From NCBI GenBank assembly GCA_002269645.1, contig NIVC01002886.1, positions 1 through 64,000 of the forward strand: a DNA stretch of 64,000 nucleotides, read 5' to 3'. Shown piece after piece: positions 1 to 14,560 of the stretch. Made by a program: the position numbers and the translations under genes. The notes beneath the pieces are model-generated. The model was not told the DNA's origin and did no database searches. It saw nothing but the letters and a program-made list of their open reading frames with translations. Each line of letters begins with the position of its first letter. The first letter of the stretch is position 1. This DNA is from Macrostomum lignano. Taxonomy: Eukaryota.

Positions 1-1643
1 GAGAAGGAATAGACTATAAAAAAAGAGAGGAGAAGCGAGAGGAGGCGAGAGGAGGATAAGAGAAAAGATAGAAGACAAGAAGAGAGATGATGGGGTAAGG
101 ATAAGAAGTGAGCAGATAATATTGGAGTAAGAAGCGAGAGGAGGGGAGAGAGAAGAGAGAGGAAAGAGTAGAAGTGAGAAGAGGGAGAGAGAAGATGGGA
201 GAGATGAGACAGGATCGATGACAGAGGAGAGCAGAAGAGAGTGAGAAGAGAGTAGAGATGAGAGATGAAGGAGGAGAGAGCAGAGTGCAGAAAGGCGAGA
301 GAAGAGAATAGAGGTGAGAGAGTATAGAAGAGAGAAGAGAAGAGGAGTAAGGAAGAGAGTAATCAGAGGAGGGTAAAGAGAAGAGTACACTGAAGATGTG
401 GAGAGTCAGATGGCAGAAAAGAGAGGGGATGAGAGTGAACACGATATCTGAGAGGAAGAGAGGAGAGAGGAGTCAGATGAGGGGAAAGAGAAGAGTACAG
501 AGGAGAGAGGTGAGAACAGTACGAGTATACGAGAGTAAAGATGACAGATGAGAGAGGGAAGATAAGACTGAGAGCGAAGACGAGAGTGAACACACGAGAG
601 ATGGGAAGTAGAGAGAAAAGAGGATAGATCAGAAATAAGAGATGAGAGATGAAAGGTGAGACAAAGGAGGAAGAGAGAGAGAGAGAGAGAAGTGAGTGAG
701 GAAAGAGGAGGGGAGGGGAGAGAATCGAGAGGACAGGGGAAAGAGGGGAAAGGATGAGAGAGGGGTGAGGAGAGAGAGGGAGAGATAGAGGTAGAGAGCA
801 TGCAGAGAGAAATGAGAAGAGATAAGAGAGAAAAGATAAAAGAAGAGAAATGAGAGATAGATAAGAGAGCAAAGACGAGAGGAGAGGTGAAGGAAGAGAC
901 GATAGAAGAGAGGAGAGAGAGACGAGAGAGTACAGAGTACCAGAGGAGGGAGGAGAGGAAAAGGAGAGAGGAGACGTGTTCGGAGAGGGTAGAATAAGGA
1001 GTGAGAAGAGGGGAGAGGGAAGAGAGAATAGAGAGTAGAGAGCAGAGAGAAGATAGTAGAGAGCAGAGAGAAGATAGAGTAAGAGCAGAGAGAAGAGAGA
1101 GGCAGAGAGCAGAGAGAAGAGAGAGTAGAGCAGAGAGAAATATAGTAGAGAGGAGAGAGTAGAGAGCAGAGAGAAGATAGAAATAGAGAGCAGAGAGAAA
1201 TGGGAAGAGATAAAACAGGAGAAAGGGAGAGATAAGAGAGCAGAGACGAGAGAGGAGAGGAGAGGAGAGAAAATAATAAGAGGGAATAGACGAGAGAAGA
1301 GGGGATAGAGGAGAGAGAGAAGAGACCATAGACCAGAGAAGAGAGAAAACAGAAGAGAAGGTAGAGATAGAAGTTTCTAAGGATCCAACTTCAAAGGGAC
1401 ACAAGGAGAGGCAGAGGCCATGAGTTTGCCTGACATTCTGTGCAGCACCCCAACCAACAATATTAATGTTTGCTTCAAATACTAATTGTACATGAATGTA
1501 CTCTATTTGTTTAACTCTATCCTAAATTCCTAAACTATTAAAAGTTTTTGTTTAAGTATGGGCTCAGATTTCAGAATACATGCAAAAATAGTTCTGGGGT
1601 TGAAATTCCCCGGGTTCAAATTCCGGCGGGTTTCAACAGCTTG
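1..1643 (+). mobile_element. Helitron-like non-autonomous unit A (3' part; runs off the window start)
   Basis: GA-rich tract (1-1375), then a conserved block ending ...CCGGCGGGTTTCAACAGCTTG at 1643. The same end motif closes units B (6720) and C (9721). Confidence 0.6.
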
Positions 1644-2869
1644 TCTACCTATAAAAACCAAAACTCTGTCTGTCTGTCTGTGGACAAATTACTTCGCTAT
1701 GGACTCCCAAACCGCTCAACACAAATGACACCAAACTTTACACCCACCCTAAACTTACTACGGAGAATGTCTTAGGCTACCTTTTAATTTCCTAGACTCA
1801 AGTCTTCCTACCTAAAAGTACAAAAAACTGCTCAAAATGCGCGATTTTTCACTAAATCCTCCATAGCGCCGTTCCACTTTTACCGATTTTCTTCAAATTT
1901 GACACAGATAATCTTTAACTATTTTGGAACAATCATGTAAAATTTCGAGTTTCAAAGTTAATCCTGAACGGCGCTGTGCACTTTTAAAGTTAGGCTGTTT
2001 TTTTCAGCGTAGCAACCACCCCAACCTCCGCCCGCCTGCCTCTCTTTCTCGATCCCGATCTGGGCCCAGAAGTGTAAAAAGGTTTCAAGATTGACTAACT
2101 TTCAGCTGCCATAAGTTTGCTCCAAATAAAGCGATTGACTTCAAACTTGACACAATTCTTCATTGACTCATTCTCTATCTAAATGTAAAGTTTCAACTCT
2201 GTAACTCAACCGAAAAAGAAACTGTAAGCATGTGAAGTTTGTCTGCTTTTTCTGTTGTTTGTGCCACTCACTCACTCATTCCCCCAGAGCCAGACGAAGG
2301 GTCAGGCGATAGGACTGAATGTACATAGCAAATGTACAGTGTTTTGGAATAACTTTATTTATAGCCTTCTCTGCACCCGAGAGTGGAGAGGCTACGTTTA
2401 GCCATGGCAGTTTAGTGAGAAATTCTAACCACTGCCCTCCCCTCTGTATTGGCAAACTCTGCAGCAGTTTAACAGTGGATGGCAATTGGCAAATCGAGGC
2501 AATCCAGCATGGTTTGTAAAAGCGAAATATTTATGAAAAGGCGATGCGATGCAATGAAATCCAACCCTACTAAATTAGGCACACCATGGAAATTTTAAGT
2601 TTCTCTTAAAGTACTTTGAAATTTAAATGGCCTAAGAAATGCGTATTTCCTTGGTTGTTAGACTGATGCAGACTGCAGTGGAGCTGAAGATTCACAAATT
2701 CCTTTCAGGGCTGCAAATTGGCAAGAAAGATGACGTGATCAAAGCATGAGAATAACAATGAGAGTACTACGTCCCACAAACTGGCTTTCGAAGCAGGGAT
2801 CGGCAGACTTTTACTTCAAAAGCCAGATAAAGAATCCAGCTTATGTGCGGGCCAGATGAGAGTGGAAAG

Positions 2870-4365
<1,496 letters not shown>

Positions 4366-5205
4366 AAGGATCCAAGGGACATAGGGAGAGTTAGGGAGAG
4401 GCCAGAGTTTGCCAATACATGTTTTAGAGTCAGACAGACATTGCCTGACATTCTGTGAAGTAACCCAGCCAACAATATCAATGTTTGCCTCAAACCCTAA
4501 TTTTACACGAATGTGCTCCATTTTATGTCTACCTCTATCCTACCAACTATTAACAAGTTTTTGTTTGTGTATGGCCTTAGATTTCAGAATACATGCATAA
4601 GTAGTTCCGAGGATTGGAATTCCCCGGGTTCAAAATCCGCGGGTTTCAACTAGGGATTCCAATCCCGGGATCCCGGGATCCCGGGATCCCGGGATTGGGG
4701 CCAAAAATCCGGGATTTGAATCCCGGGATTTTTTTGGGGATCGAATCCCGGGATTTTTTAATCCCGGGATTGCAAAAGTCCGGGATCGGGATCCCGGGAT
4801 TTCAAGGCCTTAATCCCGGGATTGGTCCGGGATTAGAACAACGTTTCAATGCCTAAATTAGATAGTTTAAAGTCTAAACGTTTATTTGAATAATAAAACA
4901 TTTATTTGTTTTTGCTGTTTCTCAATGAAACGTTAAACATTTGCAAAGCTCCTGTCCTAATTGAGCTAAAAATTGTTAATGTGAACTGTAAATGATAGAT
5001 AATTTAAAATTTTTTTCGTTTTCCACCACGAGACGAGACTGAGACTTTGAGAGTCGCGAGACCATGACTACTGCACGCGGCACGCCGCACAGTCCGTCAT
5101 GTATTATAATTTAAATTTTAATATTTTGACAATCACCCACAAAGATTTTACTTTTCAAGCCGCAGCTATAACTTACTCAAGGCTGGTGCTACATTTAGTT
5201 TCGCT

Positions 5206-6076
5206 GTGAAGGAGCTTCAGACACAGAACACCATGCTGGCCAACAAGTTGCTGGTGGCTTTAGAGAAGCGATTTTTTCAAAGGCAGGGAAGCACCGCTTT
5301 GGCACTGCAGTTTCTAAAGCGGAAGGGTTACGTCGCCAATAGTACTTCAGAACTGAATGCAGCAAAGTATACGCTAATTTCTATTGCCGAAAACCTTTCA
5401 CTGGTATCTGCCTGTGCAACCGCCTCTGCAACCGCGTCTGCAACCGCGTCTGCCAGTACTGTCACTGAAGACCAAAGAGAGGCATCTGGAAATCCTTCTA
5501 ACAGGTAATTAAATTGTGTGGATGTATTATATATTACATACGAGGGAGGGATAATTTAAATAATTTAAAAACAAGAATTTTCCTATAATTTTTATTGGAT
5601 AATTCCACCGAATCCTACATTTTATTGATTCAATTTCCTGTAATCTGTAAAAATATGACCACAGGTTCCCCTGTGTTGCAAATAATTTAATTCCATGCTA
5701 TATTCTCACCTACAGTGACACTGACGCATCCCTGCTGTTAATGCCAAGTACCACAATGGCGGAACGTCTCAATGCAGAGTTGGAGAAGCTGGACAGCGAG
5801 TCTTCTCATGCCATCCTACAGTCAGGCACAGGACTTCATATTGAACGCGAAGTCGGTCGTGAGATCGAATTCATGCGGTCAACTGGCCAACTCGGCAAGC
5901 TGCTGCAGACAATGAACAGTGCCATTCTGTCCATTCCTCCTACAAGCGTCGAGGCAGAGAGAGCTTTTTCTGCTGCTGCTATCCTGATGAATCGGATCCG
6001 TTCGCGCTTGGCTGATGAGACGCTATCAAAATTGTGCATGCTTCGATCGTATTTTCAGAAGCAGTCGACATCCTAA
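5206..6076 (+). pseudogene. hAT transposase C-terminal remnant (dimerization domain), 2 exons: about 5206-5504 and 5716-6076
   Basis: PPTSVEAERAFSAAAILMNRIRSRLADETLSKLCMLRSYF matches the hAT C-terminal dimerization motif. Phase-2 GT..AG intron 5505-5715 joins the two ORFs in frame. No N-terminal or catalytic-core region seen. Confidence 0.85.
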
Positions 6077-6101
6077 ACTGACTTGTCACATTGGACTCAA
6101 T

Positions 6102-6227
6102 GGGATGATAGAAATCGCGCTACTGGATTTTGCGCGACCTTGCTTTCGCGCATCCTGTTCGTGCATAATCCAGTCGCACGAAAGCCAGGTCTCGCGAAAT
6201 CCAGTAGCGCGCGATTTCTATCATCCC
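6102..6227. mobile_element. 126-bp MITE nested in the hAT
   Basis: About 38-bp imperfect inverted termini GGGATGATAGAAATCGCGCTACTGGATTT... / ...AAATCCAGTAGCGCGCGATTTCTATCATCCC. Flanks GACTCAAT (6094-6101) and GACTCCAT (6228-6235) form an 8-bp TSD with 1 mismatch. Confidence 0.7.
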
Positions 6228-6720
6228 GACTCCATGAATGGCAACAATGCTATAAGTAGTATTTTCTTACACTACTGTAAGTAAAAATTGCAGTATCATT
6301 AATTAACCAAATAATTTCGAAATAAATTGCATGCGGAAGAGCCCCCCCCCGGGCTGACCCGCTGGGCCGTTCGGCCGAAATCGTTCGACAACAAGTAGTA
6401 TTTTCTTCTGTCAAGGTCAAGCCTTTAGCACGGACTGCAATTATTTGTATGATTTTGCACTTCTCTTTTGTTGCAGGCTCTGAGTTCTCAGCTAACCAGA
6501 ACTTGAAATTTTGTTTTTAAGTCATTCGGACTCGGACCTCGGGTCGGGATCCCGGGATCCCGGGATTTCTGAAACTTTTAAACGGGATCCCGGGATTTCA
6601 AAAGCACCGGGATTCCGGGATTTTGAATCCCGGGATTTCAACAGCATCGGGATTTCGGGACTATTCAATCCCGGGATTGTAAAATGTCGGGATTTTGGAA
6701 TCCCTAGTTTCAACAGCTTG

Positions 6721-8302
6721 TCTCTAACTATAAAAATCAAAACTCTGTGTGTCTGTGTGTGTGTGTGTGTCTGTGTGTGGACAATTTTGATCGCTATGGA
6801 CTCCCAAACCGCTCAACCAAATGACACCAAACTTTACACCCACCCTAAACTTACTACGGAGAATGTCTTAGGCTACCTTTTAATTTCCTAAATTTGAGTC
6901 TTCCTACCTAAAAGTGCAAAAAACTGCTCAAAATGCGCAATTTTTTCACTAAATCCTCCATAGCGCCGCTCCACTTCTATGGATTCTCTTCAAATTTGAC
7001 ACAGATAATTTTCAACTATTTTGGCACAATCATGTAAAATTTCGAATCTCAAAGTTAATCCTGAACGGCGCTGTGCACTTTTAAAGTTAGGCTGTTTTTT
7101 TCAGCGAGGCAGCCACCCCAACCTCCGCCCGCCTGCCTCTCTTTCCCGATACCGATCTGGGCCCAGATGTGCAAAATGGGTTTCAAAATTGACTAACTTT
7201 CGACTGCCATAAGTTTGCTCCACGTAAAGCGATTGACTTCAAACTTGACACAATTCTTCATTGACTCATTCTCTGTCTAAATGTAAAGTTTCAACTCTAT
7301 AACTCAATCAGAACAGAAACTGTAAGCATGTGAAGTTTGTCTGCTTTTTCTGTTGTTTGTGCCACTCAATCACTCATTCCCCCCAGAGCCAGACGAAGGG
7401 TCAGGCGATAGGGCTCAATGTACATAGCGAATGTACAGTGTTTTGGAATAACTTTTTAATAGCCTTCTCTGCACCCCCGCGAGTGGAGAGGCGTGGAGAG
7501 GAGAGACAGTTTCAGCGAGAGATTCAAACCACTGTCCTCTGTATAGACAAGTCTGCAGCAGTTTAACAGTAGATACAGTAGATGGCAAACAGGCAAATTA
7601 AGGCGACGCGGGATGGTTTGTAGAAATAGCGAAAAATTAATGAATAACTTATTACAATGCAATCCTACTAAATTAGTTACACCATGAAGCTTTTAACATT
7701 AAGTTTCGCATAGAGTAACTTTAAATTTTAAATGACTCCTAAGAAATGCGCATTTCCTTGGTTGTTAGACTGCTGCAGAGTGCAGACTGTGGTGGTGGAG
7801 CTGGAGATACACAAATTCCTCTCAGGGCTGCTAATTGGCCAGAAAGGTGACGTGATTAAAGCATGAGAAATGATAACCATGATAGTACCGTCCCACAAAC
7901 TGGCTTTCGAAGCAGGGATCGGTAGATTTTTAACTCAAAGGCCAGATAAAGAATCCAGCTCATGGCTGTGGGCCAGATGAGAGTGAAAAAGAAAAGGAAT
8001 AGACTATTAGAAAGAGAGGAAGGGCGAGAGGGGGGTAAGAGAAAAGATATAAGATGAGTGGGGAGAGACGAGTGGGGTGAGGACGAGGAGAGAACAGAGA
8101 ATATGGGAGGAGGAAGCGAGAGGAGGGGAGACAGGAGGGAGAGGAAAGAGTAGAGGAGAGAAGAGGAAGAGAGAAGAGGGGAGAGATGAGACAGAGGATC
8201 GATGAGAGAGGAGAGTAGAGAAGAGTGAGAAGAGAATAGAGAACAGAGAGGAGATAGGAGGGGAGAGAGAGGTAGAGAGGAGTGAGAAGAGAGGAGATAA
8301 GA

Positions 8303-8374
<72 letters not shown>

Positions 8375-9721
8375 GAGAAAGAAGAGAGGAGAAAGGAGAG
8401 ATGATAGAGTAAGGGAAGAAGAGGAGAGAGGAAAGAGATGAGATTGTGGAGATGAGAGAGATGAAAGGAAAGATGAGAGAGTAGAGATGAGAGATGAAGG
8501 AAGAAAGAGCAGAGTGCAGAGACAAGAGAAGAGAGTATAGAAGAGGGAAGAGAAGAGGAGTAAGAAGAGAGGATTCAGTAGAGGGGAAAGAGAAGAGTAC
8601 ACAGGAGAGTGGAGAGTAAAGATGACAGAAGAAAGAGGGGGTAGAGAGCAAAGATGAGAGTGAACGCGATATATGAGAGGAGAGAGGAGAGTGAAGAGAG
8701 AAGAGAGAAGACAAGAGAGGGAGAGAATAGAAGAGGGAAGAGAAGAGAAGGGAAAAAGGAGAAAGGAAAGAGAGGAGTCAAAAGAGGGGTAAGAGAAGAG
8801 TACAGATGAGAGAGGTGAGAAAACATACGAGTATAAGAGAGTAAAGATGGCAGATGAGAGAGGGGAGATGAGAGACCAGAGACGAGAGTGAACAGACGAG
8901 AGATGGCAGAGTGGGGAGAGAAAAGGATAGAAATAAGAGATGAGAGGTGAGACAAAGGGAGAGAGAAGTGAGTGAGGAGAAAAGAAGGGGAGGGAAGAGA
9001 ACCGAGACGACAGGGGAAAGAGAGAAAGGACGAGAGAGGAGAGGAAACAGGGGAGAGATTAGAGGAGAAAGAGAGATGGGACAGGAGAGAGCAGAGAGAT
9101 GAGAGGAGAGAGAGGGAGAGAGAGAAAGGAGAGAGAGAGGGAAAGAGAGAGGAGAGAACATGCAGAAAGAATGAGAAGAGAGAAGAGAGAAAAGATAAAA
9201 GAAGAGAAAGAAGAGATAGATAAGAGAGCAAAGACGAGAGAGAAGAGAGGTGAGGGAAGAGACGATAGAAGAGGGGAGAGAGGAGAGAGGAAAGAAGAGA
9301 AGAGATGAGAGGAGAGAGAGGAGAGAGTAGAGAGTAGAGAGGAGGGAGGAGAGGAGGGATAAAAGAATAGAAGGGAGAGGGAATAGACGAGAGAATAGGG
9401 GATAGAGGAGAGAGAGAAGAGACGGAGACGAGAGAGAGGAGAGGAAACAGAAGAGAAGATCGAAGTTTCTAAGGATCCAAGGGACATAAGGAGAGGCAGA
9501 GGCCAGAGTTTGCCTGTTCGCAGCACCCCAGCCAACAATATAAATGTTTGCCTCAAATCCTAATTTTTCACGAATGTACTCTATTTTATGTTTAATTCTA
9601 ACCTAACTATTAACAAGTTTTTGTTTGAGTTTGACCTCAGATTTTAGAATATGAGTACATGCAAAATAGTTCCAGGGATTGAAATTCCCCGGGTTCAAAA
9701 TCCGCGGGTTTCAACAGCTTG
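6721..9721 (+). mobile_element. Helitron-like unit C (3001 bp), last unit of the array
   Basis: Starts TCTCTAACTATAAAAATC plus (TG/TGTC)n. Ends CCGCGGGTTTCAACAGCTTG at 9721, followed by unique sequence starting with T. 5'-TC start and CTAG-like end with GC-rich imperfect palindromes; no TIR or TSD. Confidence 0.62.
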
Positions 9722-10208
9722 TGTACATTATTTCTGAACCAATTAGCAAGTTGTTTACGCCAGCAAGATTGGGCTTCTAAACTTATCGAAGTCATTTCAG
9801 CTGCCTTTATTTCTATAAAATAGCGCATGAATTCTTTTTTGATACTGAGCTTACATTAGAAATCTGTTTTACTAAGTATATGTAGCTGAGTGGCTCATCT
9901 AGTTATTCTAGTATCTGTGGTTACAGGCAGTAGGGCCCTGTGCACCCTAGCGCACCTTAAGCGACATTGTCCCACAGCCCATTCCGCCGACTCCCCCGAG
10001 CAGGCACACACTCACACAGGAGTGTACAGCGGCCCTAACTTGATTTATCGTTAGGCATGTACACTTCACTGTGCCTTGGGGGTTGGTCTTCAAGGCCGTT
10101 AATTGCACGAGCAGAGCCAAGCTGAGATTTTAATTTAGCGCCAATGTGACTGCACTTAGGAATCGAGCCTGGGCCGCTGGCACATCAGAGCGCTTATTAA
10201 CTGCTTAC

Positions 10209-10706
10209 CAGGCCAACCAGCGTCCGCTCATGGTCTTCATCAGTTTCAGAGGCGCCATCGCTGGCAACGGCGCCAAGATCGGGGCCGAACGCCACCTCAG
10301 AGCAGGTGAGGTGGCTGTCGCCAAGCAGCCGGGCAACCCGCCGCCTAGCCAGCTCGGGCTTCTCTGCTGCACTGCCGTCAGCATTGCCTGGCGGATCCCG
10401 CAGGCCGAGCCGCCGGCCCAGCCGCAGCCAGAGCCCGTCGTCCTCGTCAATACGCCGGCGCCATCGGCTGCAGACCAGCCGACAGTTTGCCAGATCGCCG
10501 GGCGCCAGCAGGCCAAGCAGGCGATCCTGCAGCTCAGGCGGCAGCCGGGTGCCGCACAGCGGATCGAGCAGGCGGCTCAGCCGGGCGGAGCAGCTGTTGA
10601 ACAGCTGTTGAAGCCCGGCTATGGACAGCTGGTCAACCGCTGCCAGCGCCTGCGACAACAGTGCCGCATCGCTGTTGACGTCACTGGAGGCGTTGTGATT
10701 GATCAT
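10209..10706 (-). CDS. F-box domain protein, first coding exon (3' exons not identified)
   Basis: ATG at 10706. RLPPELQDRLLGLLAPGDLANCRLVCSRWRR fits the F-box consensus. GC-rich coding style. Donor CTG|GTAAGC at 10208 precedes the ORF stop (10197), so the gene probably splices onward. Confidence 0.7.
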
Positions 10707-11033
10707 CCTTGCCCAGCTGCAACTGGAGCCGATCTGGGATGCTTACAGTGCTGCCACTCGCAGAATCTAATTATTCGCGACTCACCCACTAGGAGATGAA
10801 GCGATTTTACTGGGGCATGGGGATACCACATGCGCAACACCCAGCCGATCCAGTCAAACCGAAAGGCGTAGAACTAATTATATGACGAGGCATTTAGCCT
10901 TAATAATACTGTTAAAGCTATTCCTGCCGTTTACCCAGTCAATTTTTGCGGTTTTCTTTCATTGATAAGCCAAATTTTAGGTCAAAAAGTAAGTCGCACG
11001 GCCGGTGTAAACTAGGGGGGTTGCGCATGTATG

Positions 11034-14000
11034 ATGAGGATTGAGGGGCGATTCTACTGGGGCATGAGGATTGAGGGGCGATTCTAATCGGGCATGAGGA
11101 TTGAGGGGCGATTCTAATCGGGCATGAGGATTGAGGGGCGATTCTAATCGGGCATGAGGATTGAGGGGATTCTAATCGGGCATGAGGATTGAGGGGCGAT
11201 TCTAATCGGGCATGAGGATTGAGGGGTGATTCTAATCGGGCATGAGGATTGAGGGGCGATTCTAATCGGGCATGAGGATTGAGGGGTGATTCTAATCGGG
11301 CATGAGGATTGAGGGGCGATTCTAATCGGGCATGAGGATTGAGGGGTGATTCTAATCGGGCATGAGGATTGAGGGGCGATTCTAATCGGGCATGAGGATT
11401 GAGGGGTGATTCCACTGGGGCATGAGGATTGAGGGGCGATTCTACTGGGGCATGAGGATTGAGGGGTGATTCTAATCGGGCATGAGGATTGAGGGGCGAT
11501 TCTAATCGGGCATGAGGATTGAGGGGTGATTCTAATCGGGCATGAGGATTGAGGGGCGATTCTAATCGGGCATGAGGATTGAGGGGCGATTCTAATCGGG
11601 CATGAGGATTGAGGGGTGATTCTAATCGGGCATGAGGATTGAGGGGCGATTCTAATCGGGCATGAGGATTGAGGGGCGATTCTAATCGGGCATGAGGATT
11701 GAGGGGCGATTCTAATCGGGCATGAGGATTGAGGGGCGACTCTACTGGGGCATGAGACTTGAGGGGCGATTCTACTGGGGCATGAGGATTGAGGGGTGAT
11801 TCTAATCGGGCATGAGGATTGAGGGGCGATTCTAATCGGGCATGAGGATTGAGGGGTGATTCTAATCGGGCATGAGGATTGAGGGGCGATTCTAATCGGG
11901 CATGAGGATTGAGGGGTGATTCTAATCGGGCATGAGGATTGAGGGGCGATTCTAATCGGGCATGAGGATTGAGGGGTGATTCTAATCGGGCATGAGGATT
12001 GAGGGGCGATTCTAATCGGGCATGAGGATTGAGGGGTGATTCTACTGGGGCATGAGGATTGAGGGGCGATTCTAATCGGGCATGAGGATTGAGGGGCGAT
12101 TCTACTGGGGCATGAGGATTGAGGGGCGATTCTACTGGGGCATGAGGATTGAGGGGCGATTCTACTGGGGCATGAGGATTGAGGGGCGATTCTACTGGGG
12201 CATGAGGATTGAGGGGCGATTCTAAGTGGGAATGAGGATTGAGGGGCGATTCTAAGTGGGCATGAGGATTGAGGGGCGACTCTACTGGGACATGAGGATT
12301 GAGGGGCGATTCTAATCGGGCATGAGGATTGAGGGGCGATTCTAATCGGGCATGAGGATTGAGGTGTGATTCTACTGGTACATGAGGATTGAGGGGCGAT
12401 TCTAATCGGGCATGAGGATTGAGGGGCGACTCTACTGGGACATGAGGATTGAGGGGCGATTCTAATCGGGCATGAGGATTGAGGGGCGACTCTACTGGTA
12501 CATGAGGATTGAGGGGCGATTCTAATCGGGCATGAGGATTGAGGGGCGACTCTACTGGGACATGAGGATTGAGGGGCGATTCTAATCGGGCATGAGGATT
12601 GAGGGGTGATTCTAATCGGGCATGGGGATTGAGGGGCGATTCTAATCGGGCATGAGGATTGAGGGGTGATTCTAATCGGGCATGAGGATTGAGGGGTGAT
12701 TCTACTGGGGCATGAGGATTGAGGGGCGACTCTACTGGTACATGAGGATTGAGGGGCGATTCTAATCGGGCATGAGGATTGAGGGGTGATTCTAATCGGG
12801 CATGAGGATTGAGGGGCGATTCTAATCGGGCATGAGGATTGAGGGGCGATTCTAATCGGGCATGAGGATTGAGGGGTGATTCTACTGGGGCATGAGGATT
12901 GAGGGGCGAGTCTACTGGTACATGAGGATTGAGGGGCGATTCTAATCGGGCATGAGGATTGAGGGGCGATTCTAATCGGGCATGAGGATTGAGGGGCGAT
13001 TCTAATCGGGCATGAGGATTGAGGGGCGATTCTAATCGGGCATGAGGATTGAGGGGCGATTCTAATCGGGCATGAGGATTGAGGGGCGATTCTAAGTGGG
13101 AATGAGGATTGAGGGGCGATTCTAAGTGGGCATGAGGATTGAGGGGCGACTCTACTGGGACATGAGGATTGAGGGGCGATTCTAATCGGGCATGAGGATT
13201 GAGGGGCGATTCTAAGTGGGAATGAGGATTGAGGGGCGATTCTAAGTGGGCATGAGGATTGAGGGGCGACTCTACTGGGACATGAGGATTGAGGGGCGAT
13301 TCTAATCGGGCATGAGGATTGAGGGGCGATTCTAAGTGGGAATGAGGATTGAGGGGCGATTCTAAGTGGGCATGAGGATTGAGGGACGAATATAATTGGG
13401 CACAAGGATTGAGGGGCGATTCTAAGTGGGCATGAGGATTGAGGGGCGATTCTAAGTGGGCATGAGGATTGAGGGGCGATTCTAAGTGGGCATGAGGATT
13501 GAGGGGTGATTCTACTGGGGCATGAGGATTGAGGGGCGATTCTAATCGGGCATGAGGATTGAGGGGCGATTCTAATTAGGCATGAGGATTGAGGGGCGAT
13601 TCTAATTAGGCATGAGGATTGAGGGGCGATTCTAATTAGGCATGAGGATTGAGGGGCGATTCTAAGTGGGCATGAGGATTGAGGGGTGATTCTAATTAGG
13701 CATGAGGATTGAGGGGCGATTCTAAGTGGGCATGAGGATTGAGGGGTGATTCTAAGTGGGCATGAGGATTGAGGGACGAATATAATTGGGCACAAGGATT
13801 GAGGGGCGATTCTAAGTGGGCATGAGGATTGAGGGACGAATATAATTGGGCACAAGGATTGAGGGGCGATTCTAAGTGGGCATGAGGATTGAGGGACGAA
13901 TATAATTGGGCACAAGGATTGAGGGGCGATTCTAAGTGGGCATGAGTATTGAGGGACGATTCTAAGTGGGCATGAGGATTGAGGGGTGATTCTACTGGGG

Positions 14001-14560
14001 CATGAGGATTGAGGGGCGATTCTAATCGGGCATGAGGATTGAGGGGCGATTCTAATTAGGCATGAGGATTGAGGGGCGATTCTAATTAGGCATGAGGATT
14101 GAGGGGCGATTCTAATTAGGCATGAGGATTGAGGGGCGATTCTAAGTGGGCATGAGGATTGAGGGGTGATTCTAATTAGGCATGAGGATTGAGGGGCGAT
14201 TCTAAGTGGGCATGAGGATTGAGGGGTGATTCTAAGTGGGCATGAGGATTGAGGGACGAATATAATTGGGCACAAGGATTGAGGGGCGATTCTAAGTGGG
14301 CATGAGGATTGAGGGACGAATATAATTGGGCACAAGGATTGAGGGGCGATTCTAAGTGGGCATGAGGATTGAGGGACGAATATAATTGGGCACAAGGATT
14401 GAGGGGCGATTCTAAGTGGGCATGAGGATTGAGGGACGAATATAATTGGGCACAAGGATTGAGGGGTGATTATAAATGGGGATGAGGATTGAGGGGCGAT
14501 TTTAATTGAGGATTGAGGGGCGATTCTAATCGGGTATGAGGATTAAGATGCGATTCTAAT
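11034..14560. repeat. 30-bp minisatellite GAGGATTGAGGGGCGATTCTAATCGGGCAT, about 115 copies, with higher-order blocks
   Basis: Strict 30-bp period over about 3.4 kb. Lines 13501-13920 repeat at 13981-14400 (480-bp offset). Degenerates to about 14660. Confidence 0.97.

Larger units (their letters stand above)
4651..6706 (+). mobile_element. hAT-superfamily DNA transposon, internally deleted (2056 bp)
   Basis: TIR TAGGGATTCCAA (4651-4662) / TTGGAATCCCTA (6695-6706). 8-bp TSD GTTTCAAC at 4643-4650 and 6707-6714. Subterminal ATCCCGGGAT arrays. Empty site visible at 1630-1637 and 9708-9715. Confidence 0.93.

Noticed and set aside
10960-11020. TAAGTCGCAC motif reminiscent of pogo/Tigger TIRs
   Set aside because: No partner inverted repeat or TA TSD found.
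11144-14455. 1103-aa ORF on the minus strand
   Set aside because: It is the stop-free reading of the 30-bp array; no ATG start and no unique domain.
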